A stretch of 64,000 nucleotides of DNA from Candidatus Zhuqueibacterota bacterium (lineage in GTDB: Bacteria > Zhuqueibacterota > Zhuqueibacteria > Thermofontimicrobiales > Thermofontimicrobiaceae): positions 1 through 64,000 of the forward strand of contig JBMOPW010000019.1 in the NCBI GenBank assembly GCA_049322915.1, given 5' to 3'. Numbering within the stretch: the first letter of the stretch is position 1; the number at the start of each line of letters is the position of its first letter. This document shows positions 9,084 through 18,760 of the stretch, piece by piece. The position numbers were made by a program, and so were the translations under genes. The notes under the pieces are model-generated. The model searched no databases. It saw only the letters and a program-made list of their open reading frames with translations, and was not told the DNA's origin.

Positions 9084-10583
9084 TCAGTGTTGTCTGCGGT
9101 GCGAGACCATGAGCATGCAAATCTGGTCCTGAATATCGGTAATCAAACTGGTACTGCATAAAAAATTATTGAACATCGTGGAGAAGACAAGCGTCTCGCC
9201 ATCCGCTGTCATGGCGTACCCGGACAGGCAGCGCACATTGGAAATCGTCCCGGTTTTACCAACAATTTTTCCTTCCGCCACGGTGCCTTTCAACCGATTT
9301 TCCAGAGTGCCATCGACGCCGGCGACAGTGAGACATTTCCGATAGACTTCGCCGTAGGGATGAACATACATCCGACGCAAGATGTTCACCAGATGCGACG
9401 GCGAAATGTAGTTGTAGCGACATAAACCCGAGCCGTCCATGTAACTGTAGGAATCACTCACCAGTCCAAATCGCTCCAGGGTGCGCTTTAAAACTTTGGC
9501 TCCTTCATCAAAGCTACCTTCAGCGCCAAAATGATGGCCTAACAATTTCACAAAACTTTCAGCGTACAAATTCTGAGACTCTTTGAGCAACACCGCCATC
9601 ACATCGGCGAACGGCTTTGACTGAATTGAAAACAGCAACTGACGTTGCTGCAAGAATCCCCGGTCGATGAGGACATCGGCGTCAGTCACGCTGCCGATCA
9701 CCTGAATGCCCAGTTGCTCCAGCTCTCTCTTCAGCCCGGCCAGAAAATAGCCTGTGGGATTGTGGATGGAAATGTTCTCCACGTAACGGTCGCCCGGCTT
9801 GATTTTTCCGGTAATGACAATCGTATTGGTCCCAAGAACTCGCTCCACCAACACATCAGTTTCTTCGGGGGAGACTTCCAGCCGGGATTGAATGTCCAAA
9901 TATCCGAGATCAGGAAAGACACGGGTTCGAATCGGCTGCCCGAGACTATCCGCGCGAATGACGAGCCGCGCTTCATTTTCATTGTACATCAGCGCGCCAA
10001 TCTGCGTGGAATAGGCGTAGCTGAGATTGTTCACGGACCAGCCGTAGCCAATGGCCTCATCGTCGAACACATCATCGACGCCGATGATCCGTCCGTCAAT
10101 TTTCCGAATTCCGTGCGACCGCAGCGAATCAACCCAGGCTCGAAAAATATAACAGCTATCGCGGTCAGCGCAGAAACGAAAACTTAACGTCGGGTCGCCG
10201 CTGCCAACAACAATCACATCGCCCCGAAGGGTGCTGTCTTCGATGGCGCCGGTAACATACACGGACGTGAGATAGCGAAACTCCGGCCCAAAGTTCAGTA
10301 AAGCCGCCGCTGAGGTGGGGATTTTCTCATTGGACGCCGGCATGAAAAGTTTACGCGAGTTCTTTTCGTAGAGAATCTCCCCAGTTTCGGCCGATTGAAT
10401 GAGAATCCCGGTATGCGCCGTTTCGATCTCCGGTGCCGAGAGAAGATAATCGATTTGATCAGCGAATTCGAGATGATGTGACGGAAGGTTGGCGGCGTTT
10501 CGGGTCGTTGCGCAGGCTGCAAACAAGAGAACAGATGTAAGCAGGGTAATCGAGAGTCGATGATTCAACGGAATGCTCCTCAT
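9084..10583 (-). CDS. dacB: D-Ala-D-Ala carboxypeptidase/endopeptidase (peptidase S13, PBP4), lipoprotein
   Basis: PASNEK (SxxK), GSGDPTL, SQN (SxN), DGSGL.R, KTGT; lipobox FAAC; start likely 10583 rather than 10712. Confidence 0.93.
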   Translation of the reverse strand: MRSIPLNHRLSITLLTSVLLFAACATTRNAANLPSHHLEFADQIDYLLSAPEIETAHTGILIQSAETGEILYEKNSRKLFMPASNEKIPTSAAALLNFGPEFRYLTSVYVTGAIEDSTLRGDVIVVGSGDPTLSFRFCADRDSCYIFRAWVDSLRSHGIRKIDGRIIGVDDVFDDEAIGYGWSVNNLSYAYSTQIGALMYNENEARLVIRADSLGQPIRTRVFPDLGYLDIQSRLEVSPEETDVLVERVLGTNTIVITGKIKPGDRYVENISIHNPTGYFLAGLKRELEQLGIQVIGSVTDADVLIDRGFLQQRQLLFSIQSKPFADVMAVLLKESQNLYAESFVKLLGHHFGAEGSFDEGAKVLKRTLERFGLVSDSYSYMDGSGLCRYNYISPSHLVNILRRMYVHPYGEVYRKCLTVAGVDGTLENRLKGTVAEGKIVGKTGTISNVRCLSGYAMTADGETLVFSTMFNNFLCSTSLITDIQDQICMLMVSHRRQH

Positions 10584-10920
10584 CAAATTTTTTCTTGCAA
10601 TGATGATGATTACTATTTTACCTGATCGCGCTGGATATCCATTCAACGCGGGCAATGGCGGGGACGTATCCCCCTGGATAGACGCACTTTTCGTGGTGAA
10701 TATCCCGAACAATCAGCGACAATTTTCGTGAAACAAGACATTCAGCAGATGCTGCCGCTCACCGAACCGATGTCAGATTCACCCATTCCAGTTCTGAATG
10801 AGATGAAGTGATATCGATGGGATGAAAAACTACCCTTTCCCGACGAGCTGACCGATCTGGGCCGTTGGAGGTATGCCAGATTCAATTCAGGCAGCGCCGC
10901 CAACGAATTCGAGACAATGG

Positions 10921-11916
10921 CTACCAGCGCATCAACACGGAGCCCCAGGTGAATCCGGAGCCAAACGCCACGAGGACAACATAGTCGCCTTTGTTGATTC
11001 GACCCTCGATCAACGCCTCTGCCAGCGCGATGGGAATGGAAGCGGCTGTGGTATTGCCATATTTATGAATATTGCTGAACACCTTTTTTTCTGTGTAATT
11101 GAATCGCTGCGCCACTGCCTCAGTGATTCGCTGATTGGCCTGATGCGGAATGACAAGCCCCACTTCATTCGGTGAAACATGATTGGCATCGAGGCACTCC
11201 TGAATGGCGGAGCAGAAATTGACAACCGCGTGTTTGAACACCTGACGGCCATTCATGTAGGGATAGGTGGTTCCGTCTTCGAGCATTTCATGCGTAAGCC
11301 GGGGAATATGCAACCCGCCGGGATTTTCACCGATCAGCTCTTTGGCGTAGCGACCATCGGCGTGCAAATGCGTGGACAAAATTCCTCGGTCAGGATCGTC
11401 GCTCGGCTCGACAATGGCAACGCCGGCGCCGTCTCCAAACAGGACTGCAACGTCCCTGCCGCGCGTGGTCATATCCAAACCGGTGGAATGCACTTCAGCG
11501 CCAACGACCATGATCTTTTTGTACATACCGGTTTTGATGAATTGATCTGCAACGGAGAGCGCGTAAAGGAATCCGGTACACTGATTGCGCACATCCAGAG
11601 CCGGAACGCCGGGGATTCCCAGCTTCGCCTGCAAAATAACTCCGGAGCCAGGGAACAGGTACTCGGGACTCAATGTGGCGAAAATGATAAAGTCGATATC
11701 CTGTGGGACCAATCCAGCTTTGTCCAGCGCAATTTTCGCGGCTTCGTGGGCTAATCCGGCGGGACCGATCTCGCTATCAACAAATCGTCTCTCACCTATT
11801 CCAGCTCGCTCGCGAATCCACTGGTCGTTGGTATCCATCAGTTTTTCGAGATCAAAATTAGTCACAACTTTTTCAGGAACATAAAAACCGGTGCCGGTAA
11901 TTCTTGATCGAACCAT
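10921..11916 (-). CDS. fabH: 3-oxoacyl-ACP synthase III
   Basis: NQCTGF, FGDGAG, PHQAN, GNTTAASIP, FGSGFTWG; GGAGG before the ATG at 11916. Confidence 0.96.
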   Translation of the reverse strand: MVRSRITGTGFYVPEKVVTNFDLEKLMDTNDQWIRERAGIGERRFVDSEIGPAGLAHEAAKIALDKAGLVPQDIDFIIFATLSPEYLFPGSGVILQAKLGIPGVPALDVRNQCTGFLYALSVADQFIKTGMYKKIMVVGAEVHSTGLDMTTRGRDVAVLFGDGAGVAIVEPSDDPDRGILSTHLHADGRYAKELIGENPGGLHIPRLTHEMLEDGTTYPYMNGRQVFKHAVVNFCSAIQECLDANHVSPNEVGLVIPHQANQRITEAVAQRFNYTEKKVFSNIHKYGNTTAASIPIALAEALIEGRINKGDYVVLVAFGSGFTWGSVLMRW

Positions 11917-12615
11917 TCTTTCCTCCAGTGAGTTAGTATTCCGCAATTATTTTTTTCAATATAGTAACTTGTAAAAACAAAGTCAAGATGAAATTATAGC
12001 TCCGAGGATAATCCCTGTTTTTCCCATCAGACTGGCATAAGCCGAGCTGTTGAACTTCCGATTGCCCGAGGTGAAAATTTTTCAGGAAAGACTCCGCCGG
12101 CCCGACGACCGGGAACCGTTGCTGCAACCTCACTGAATTCGACCGGATGGTAGAAGAATTCAGGAAAGCGGCTCGTTGCCCGGTCTGCATAAAATCGTTC
12201 ACTGAATATTTTCATGAACCCACCCCGGGTACGCCATTAAAACCTGTGTTGCGCAATTTTTCTCTTGATTAAGAATATAAGAATCCCTATTATTCACAAT
12301 TCAATTTTAACAGCGGCATCGCGTTCCCCCGGGATAAGTCTCTATGCACCCGCCGGGTCCGACAGCATCCTATCGAATGCAACTTTTAAAATAATTAGCC
12401 GTTTATTGTTGCAATCTCAAGCACGGCCGATCGAAACGTCTGGCGGATTCATCGGAAAATCAACCGCATGTTTTTATAGAATGGGGTGTTTAATAGACAT
12501 GAATCGAAATTGGATGTGCCTTGCCGGCTTAGCCCCTGTAAAATGACTGACCTTTGCAACGATTTTGACAGCAACTCTGGCACGTTATGTGGCCTTCGCG
12601 AGGAGATAGAAAACA

Positions 12616-12723
12616 TTAACCCTACAACGTCATTTAGCAAATTTATCACACTATGTTGAATTTTTCATCTATCCAAAATACAGTATATCACGATAATAAA
12701 TCTATGTGGCGTAGCAGGGTTAA
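12616..12723. mobile_element. 100-bp MITE (12620-12719) flanked by TTAA, copy 2
   Basis: Same structure as 306-413, 89/100 identical; ends 37 bp before the start codon at 12757. Confidence 0.85.
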
Positions 12724-12756
12724 TCCATTTTTTTAAAAGAACTAAGGAACAAACGT

Positions 12757-13659
12757 ATGAAAATTTCCATCGAATCACTGAGCAAGATTTATTCTAACGG
12801 AAATAAAGCGCTTAACAACATCAATCTGCAAATCGAAAGCGGTATGTTTGGGTTGCTGGGTCCCAACGGCGCCGGCAAAACCACACTGATGCGAATTCTG
12901 GTCACGCTGATGAAACCATCCCACGGCCAGGTAAAAATCGGGGACTTTGATCTGCAGGCCGATCGCCGCGCCATTCGCTCCATGCTGGGCTATCTGCCTC
13001 AGGACTTCCGATTCTTCACCAAGCTGAAAACCTGGGAATTTCTGGATTACGTCGCCAGCCTGGCTGGATTGCACGAATCGCGCGCCCGCAAAAAAGCTGT
13101 CGATGAGATGCTGGAGAAAGTCGGACTCTACGAAGCCAGAGACCGAATGGCCAACCGGCTCTCCGGCGGAATGAAGCGCCGGCTCGGCATTGCCCAGGCC
13201 CTCATTGGCGATCCGAAAATCGTTGTGGTCGATGAACCCACCACCGGTCTCGACCCGGAAGAACGGATTCGATTCCGAAATCTGCTGGCAGAAATGAGCC
13301 AGCGCGATATCATCATCATCCTGTCCACGCACATTGTCGGAGATATTTCCAGCACGTGCAATAACATGGCGCTGCTGAACAATGGCGATCTCGTTTTCAA
13401 TGCGTCGCCGGATAAACTGGTGGAAAAAGCCAAAGGCCATGTCTGGCTCATCGAGGCAATTGACAGCGAACTGGAGGCCATCAAAGAGAAGTTTCCGGTC
13501 ATTGCCACCGTACCTTCCGAAGCCGGCTGGGAAGTTCAGGTCGTCGCTGATAAGCTGGAGGGTTACCCCGGAAAATTGATCGATCCGAATCTGGAACACG
13601 CGTATGTCTATTTTATGGAATTTGAATTAGGGCAATCCTGGAATGGGGATACCCATTGA
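12757..13659 (+). CDS. ABC transporter ATP-binding protein
   Basis: Walker A GPNGAGKT, Q-loop GYLPQ, signature LSGGM, Walker B VVVDEPT, H-loop STH. Confidence 0.97.
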   Translation: MKISIESLSKIYSNGNKALNNINLQIESGMFGLLGPNGAGKTTLMRILVTLMKPSHGQVKIGDFDLQADRRAIRSMLGYLPQDFRFFTKLKTWEFLDYVASLAGLHESRARKKAVDEMLEKVGLYEARDRMANRLSGGMKRRLGIAQALIGDPKIVVVDEPTTGLDPEERIRFRNLLAEMSQRDIIIILSTHIVGDISSTCNNMALLNNGDLVFNASPDKLVEKAKGHVWLIEAIDSELEAIKEKFPVIATVPSEAGWEVQVVADKLEGYPGKLIDPNLEHAYVYFMEFELGQSWNGDTH

Positions 13660-13733
13660 GCAATTACCTCCGGCCGTTTGGATCTAATCGCAATACAATC
13701 AGAAGCATTGAATAATTTCGAAAGGTTTGAACC

Positions 13734-16700
13734 ATGTTATCTTTGTATAAAATACTGACCGTCGCGAAATACGAGACCAAAACCCTGTTGAGAAGCTGGT
13801 TCTTCAGAATTTTCGCGCTGCTCTCTATTGCCATATTGACGATTCTCAATATCCCATTTTTCAGCCGTATTGGAGAAACCCCCTGGCTTTTCAGAGGGAT
13901 TTCTTCATCTCTCCCCTACATGAATATTCTGCTCCTCAATGTCGTGCAGGCCATCATTGGCGTCTTTTTAGCCTCCGACTTTTTGAAGCGCGATAAAAAA
14001 CTGGATACGACAGAAGTCATCTACATGCGGTCAATGACGAATGGCGATTATGTCCTCGGCAAAACAGTCGGCATTCTCTTCGTATTTGTGGGACTCAATT
14101 TGATCGTTCTGGCCGTCGCTGCTGTGTTCAACATATTCTTCGCCGATGTCTCCATGACCCCCATAGCCTATCTCTACTATCCGTTGATCATCAGCATTCC
14201 CACGCTGGTCTTCATTTTCGGGCTATCGTTCATGTTCATGGTCATCATCCGCAATCAGGCCATCACGTTCATCGTCCTGTTAGGCTACATTACCACCACC
14301 CTGTTTTTCCTGAGTAAAAAACTCAATTACCTGTTCGATTACATGGCGTTTAATATCCCGCTCCTGTATTCCGATTTCATCGGCTTTGGCAATCTCGGGA
14401 CGATCATCATTCACCGTGGGATTTATTTCAGCCTGGGCATTGGATTCATTTTCGCAACGATTCTCATGATCAAACGCCTGCCGCAATCCAAAGCGATGAC
14501 GCGCATGGCGCTCATCGGCGCCGTTGTTTTTATCGCGCTGGGATTAGTTCTGGGCTGGACATATCTCTCCAATCTCGCTTCCGGCGACAATCTCCGCAGC
14601 GCCATGATTGAATTGAACAAAGCGAATGCCGACCATGCCAAAGTCAAGCCGGTTCAATGGGACATCGCACTTGCCCACGAGAATAAAACCCTGGATGTCG
14701 AGGCGAAACTGACCTTTAAAAATGAGTCAGCCTCCCCAATCGACGAGTATTTGTTCAGTCTGAACCCGGGATTAACGGTAACGAAAATCGCCAATCAATC
14801 CGGCGATTTGACTTTCAAACGTAGCCAGCATCTGATTCAGGTAAAACCAGCGCAGCCCCTTGCTCCCGGCAGCATGGACTCTCTCATCGTTCACTATAAC
14901 GGGATCATTAACGAGCAGGCCTGCTATCTGGACATTGACAGCGAGACGCGCAATCAAAATTACCGCGCCTGGATTTACAATGTGGCCAAACGCTTCAGCT
15001 TCATCGAGCCGGATTATGTGCTGCTCACGCCCGAGACCAACTGGTATCCCATTTCAGGCATCCCGTATGGCTCGTCCTATCCCCGGTCTTCTGATAAATA
15101 TTTCAGTACGTTCAAACTCCGCGTCAAAACGCGGCCGGGGCTTACTCCCATTTCTCAGGGCAAGATGGCGGAAATAACTCCCGGCGAGTATTCATTCGAT
15201 CCGGAATTTCCACTACCCCAGATTTCGCTGACCATCGGCGCCTATGAGAAAAAAGCCATTCGCGTGGATAGCGTCGATTACAGCCTGTACTATCTGAAAG
15301 GGCATGATTATTTCTCGCCGTACTTCAAAGATGTTGGCGATACCCTGTCTGCGCTCATCCGGGAGATGAAGCAGGACTATGAAAATAAACTGAACCTGCC
15401 CTATCTGTACCATCGTCTGTCCCTGGTCGAAGTTCCGATTCAATTTTTCAGCTACCAGCGCATCTGGGCTATCGGCCAGGAAACGATTCAGCCTGAAATT
15501 GCACTGCTCCCGGAAAAAGGGATACTCATGGATCGCGCAGATTTCTCGCGATTCTCACGCTGGCAGGAACGCCGGATGGATCGCAGCAATCAGGTCATCA
15601 CTCCCCAGGAATCGCAAAGCCAGTTCCTCAGCGGATTTGTCAACAGCACGCTGCTGGGCGGATCCCGCGGCGGCGGTTTTGGCATGGGGGAGATACTCAA
15701 TGTCACTGTCAACTACAACCTGTTTCCCAATGTCTATACATTTGTCAATCATTTCAATTCAGAGCGCTGGCCAATTTTCAATATTGCGTTCGAGTCCTAT
15801 TTGTATGAACAATCCACCGAGCAGGGGCCATCTTTCCGGCGATTCTTCACCGGCCTGAGCGACGAGGAGAAAGCCAATCTGGCGTTGAGCAAACAGACCC
15901 TGGCTGACATTCTCGTCGATCCGGAACAGAAGGACATCATCAATCAGGTGCTGAAACTGAAAGGCGCCTATTTATTCAAGCTCATTCAAAGCAAATTGGA
16001 TACGGAGTCGTTCGAAAAATTCGTCGCTCATTTGCTTCAATCAAATCGATTCAAAGATATACGAGTGAGTCAGGTTGTTGAAGAAATGAAAAGCCAATTC
16101 AATTACGACATCGAACCGGAATTCAACAACTGGTATCAGAGCAAGCAACTGCCTGCATTTCTGTTCGGAAGTATCGAAGCTTACAAAGTGCTGGATAACG
16201 ACCGCACCCGATTCCAGGTGTTTTTCAAAGTGACAAACCAGGAAGCCATCGACGGTATTATCTCCACAACCTTCAGGATGGGCGGACGCGGCCCCATGTT
16301 TGGATTTGGCGGCATGGATCAACCTGAAGAAAAAGTGTACAGCATCAAAGGCGGCCAGACCATTGAAGTGGGCGTTGTTCTTGATGAAGAGCCGCACATG
16401 ATGGAAATCAACACGCTCATTTCCAAAAACCTCCCGTCCATCAAGACGCATCGGTTCGAAGAGCTTGAAATGAAAGAGAGAGTCGTTCCCTTCGATGGAG
16501 TGAAAATACTGGACGCGCCAATCCAGTTGGCTCTGCCCGGCGAAATCATTGTCGACAATGAAGACCCTGGCTTCGAAGTGCTCTCAAAACCAACGCAGAG
16601 TTTCCTGAAAAAGTTGTTTAAAAAGAAAACCCCGGAAGACGAAGAGCAATATATTGGCTATAATTTCTGGAATCCGCCCTCTGACTGGAGACCCACGACA

Positions 16701-17075
16701 TTTTCGGATTTTTATGGCAAATACATCCAGTCAGCTTACTACATCAAAAAAGGAAGCGGCGACAAGAAAGTCGCCTGGAAAACTGAGTTATCCGAGAGCG
16801 GCACGTTTGATGTCTTTTACTATGTTTCCAAAATGGAAATGCGCTGGGGACGGCGCGAAGACAGAGGACGCGACGTTGATTACGGTCAATTCCATTTCCT
16901 GATTCACCACGACGATGGCGTCGATGACGCTCTGCTCGATATTGACAAAGCCGAAATGGGCTGGAATTTCCTCGGAACCTATTACATTTCCAAAGGCGAA
17001 ACGCGGATCGAATTGACCGATGAGGCCAAGGGGCGCATCGTCTTTGCCGACGCGATCAAGTGGGTGAAAAAATAG
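13734..17075 (+). CDS. ABC-2-type permease fused to a degenerate M1-aminopeptidase-like domain and a C-terminal golvesin/Xly-type carbohydrate-binding-like domain
   Basis: About 7 N-terminal TMs with RDKKLDTTEVIYMRSMTNGDYVLGK; M1-like LTPETNWYP, KGAYLF, FNNWY..QLP; tail IVDNEDPGF..GWNFLGTY..VFADAIKW. Confidence 0.8.
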   Translation: MLSLYKILTVAKYETKTLLRSWFFRIFALLSIAILTILNIPFFSRIGETPWLFRGISSSLPYMNILLLNVVQAIIGVFLASDFLKRDKKLDTTEVIYMRSMTNGDYVLGKTVGILFVFVGLNLIVLAVAAVFNIFFADVSMTPIAYLYYPLIISIPTLVFIFGLSFMFMVIIRNQAITFIVLLGYITTTLFFLSKKLNYLFDYMAFNIPLLYSDFIGFGNLGTIIIHRGIYFSLGIGFIFATILMIKRLPQSKAMTRMALIGAVVFIALGLVLGWTYLSNLASGDNLRSAMIELNKANADHAKVKPVQWDIALAHENKTLDVEAKLTFKNESASPIDEYLFSLNPGLTVTKIANQSGDLTFKRSQHLIQVKPAQPLAPGSMDSLIVHYNGIINEQACYLDIDSETRNQNYRAWIYNVAKRFSFIEPDYVLLTPETNWYPISGIPYGSSYPRSSDKYFSTFKLRVKTRPGLTPISQGKMAEITPGEYSFDPEFPLPQISLTIGAYEKKAIRVDSVDYSLYYLKGHDYFSPYFKDVGDTLSALIREMKQDYENKLNLPYLYHRLSLVEVPIQFFSYQRIWAIGQETIQPEIALLPEKGILMDRADFSRFSRWQERRMDRSNQVITPQESQSQFLSGFVNSTLLGGSRGGGFGMGEILNVTVNYNLFPNVYTFVNHFNSERWPIFNIAFESYLYEQSTEQGPSFRRFFTGLSDEEKANLALSKQTLADILVDPEQKDIINQVLKLKGAYLFKLIQSKLDTESFEKFVAHLLQSNRFKDIRVSQVVEEMKSQFNYDIEPEFNNWYQSKQLPAFLFGSIEAYKVLDNDRTRFQVFFKVTNQEAIDGIISTTFRMGGRGPMFGFGGMDQPEEKVYSIKGGQTIEVGVVLDEEPHMMEINTLISKNLPSIKTHRFEELEMKERVVPFDGVKILDAPIQLALPGEIIVDNEDPGFEVLSKPTQSFLKKLFKKKTPEDEEQYIGYNFWNPPSDWRPTTFSDFYGKYIQSAYYIKKGSGDKKVAWKTELSESGTFDVFYYVSKMEMRWGRREDRGRDVDYGQFHFLIHHDDGVDDALLDIDKAEMGWNFLGTYYISKGETRIELTDEAKGRIVFADAIKWVKK

Positions 17076-17143
17076 CATGCGGATCTGAATTACCATGATA
17101 CTTTAAACTTGGTCCAGTTGAAATTAATAAAGGAAGTTGAAAT

Positions 17144-18634
17144 ATGAAACGTAAAAACCAAGCGGCAATAATCCACGCCTCACTGATTTTGGCGGTACTT
17201 TTGTGTCTCAGCATGACCAGTCCGTCCTATTCCCAGGAACCAATAACCGTGGAGCGAGCGCTGAGTATCGCGTCCAAAAATAGTCCGGACATTCGCAAAT
17301 CCGAGTTGAATCTGGAACGAAGCCAGCAATCGCTCAATGCACAGAAGGCTTCGCTCAAATCCAGTTTCAGCTTAACCCTGACGCCGTTCGATTACGAAAA
17401 GACACGGCAGTTCAACACGTTCTTTTCAACCTGGAACACCAGCGAGAACAAACAATCGTCCGGCACATTCACCATTGCCCAGCCCATCAGTTGGACCGAT
17501 GGCACCTTCGCCATTTTCAATCGGTTTGGCTGGCAGGATTCCTACAGCGAATACCAGGATGTGCGCACCAAATCGTTCAGCAATAATCTCTACCTGAATT
17601 TTCAACAGCCGATCTTCACATACAATCGGACCAGGCTGACATTGAAGGAGTTGGAACTGGACCTCGAAAATACCTCGCTGAGCTATGCCATGCAAAAACT
17701 GAATCTGGAGCGAGATGTCACCGAGGCGTTTTTCACGGTCTACCAGAACAAGATGAGCCGGGAAATCGCCATCGATGAATTTCACAACCGCGAGCAGAGT
17801 TACAATATCATCAAGAACAAGGTAGAAGCCGGGCTGGCTGCTCAGGAAGAGTTGTATCAGGCTGAATTGGACATGGCGAGCAGCAAGTCCAACGTGCAGA
17901 ATACGCAGGTTGCGCTGGACAATTCTCTGGATGCATTCAAACAGTTGATCGGATTATCCCTGTTCGACGACATCACCGTCACCGCGGATGTATCGCATCA
18001 GACAGTGGAAATCGATATGCAAAAAGCGCTGGATCATGGTTTGAAGCACCGGATGGAATTGCGGCAGCGCCAGATCGAGATCGAGAACTCGACGTTCGAT
18101 TTAATTCAGACTTCTGCGACCAATGAATTCAAAGGCAATATCGATCTATCCTATGGCATCATTGGCACGGATGAAGAATTCGAGAAAATGTACGAAGTGC
18201 CGACGCGCAATCAGCGATTGGCGCTGTCCGTGGATATTCCATTATTCGATTGGGGCGCCAAGAAAATGCGCATCAAAGCGTCCGAGGCTGTGGTGAAGTC
18301 GCGCGAGTTATCGTTAGAAGACCAAAAAAACACCATCATCATCGGCGTTCGGCAGGCGTATCGCAATCTGAATAACCTGGTTCAGCAGATAGAAATCGCC
18401 AGGCAGAATCTGCGCAATGCGCAATTGACCTATGACATCAACCTGGAGCGCTACAAAAATGGCGACCTGACCAGTATGGATTTGAATCTGTATCAGAATC
18501 AGCTTTCAGAAAAAAAGAAGGGGCATGTCGAAGCCCTGATCAATTACAAAATAGCCTTGCTGAATATGAAGATTCAATCGCTGTGGGATTTTGAGCAAAA
18601 TAAAGCTGTCGTTCCTGAATTGTCCGAGAAGTAG
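17144..18634 (+). CDS. TolC-family outer membrane factor
   Basis: Signal peptide; ASKNSPDI, LSVDIPLFDWG, ERYKNGDLTSMDL; two-fold helical repeat. Confidence 0.93.
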   Translation: MKRKNQAAIIHASLILAVLLCLSMTSPSYSQEPITVERALSIASKNSPDIRKSELNLERSQQSLNAQKASLKSSFSLTLTPFDYEKTRQFNTFFSTWNTSENKQSSGTFTIAQPISWTDGTFAIFNRFGWQDSYSEYQDVRTKSFSNNLYLNFQQPIFTYNRTRLTLKELELDLENTSLSYAMQKLNLERDVTEAFFTVYQNKMSREIAIDEFHNREQSYNIIKNKVEAGLAAQEELYQAELDMASSKSNVQNTQVALDNSLDAFKQLIGLSLFDDITVTADVSHQTVEIDMQKALDHGLKHRMELRQRQIEIENSTFDLIQTSATNEFKGNIDLSYGIIGTDEEFEKMYEVPTRNQRLALSVDIPLFDWGAKKMRIKASEAVVKSRELSLEDQKNTIIIGVRQAYRNLNNLVQQIEIARQNLRNAQLTYDINLERYKNGDLTSMDLNLYQNQLSEKKKGHVEALINYKIALLNMKIQSLWDFEQNKAVVPELSEK

Positions 18635-18760
18635 CGCGGCGCAGGACATGGTTCAGTGAATCGACTTGTAAAACGCGCGGTTCAACGTTCGGCAAACCGC
18701 GGGTTCACTCATAATATAAAAATTTATTGACTGTTGAAATTTAAATGTAAGGAGTTCATT

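Noticed and set aside
12578..12594. Sigma54-like TGGCAC upstream of the ABC/RND operon
   Set aside because: The -12 element reads GTGG rather than TTGC.
12775..13599. Long antisense ORFs (this one, and 2205-2828, 6996-7658, 42856-43512, 54015-54776 among others)
   Set aside because: They are shadow frames opposite well-supported genes, as expected from codon bias, and carry no motifs.
13734..17075. Calling the 1113-aa protein a xanthan lyase or an active aminopeptidase
   Set aside because: Only the accessory C-terminal module resembles xanthan lyase; no lyase catalytic domain or HEXXH motif is visible.
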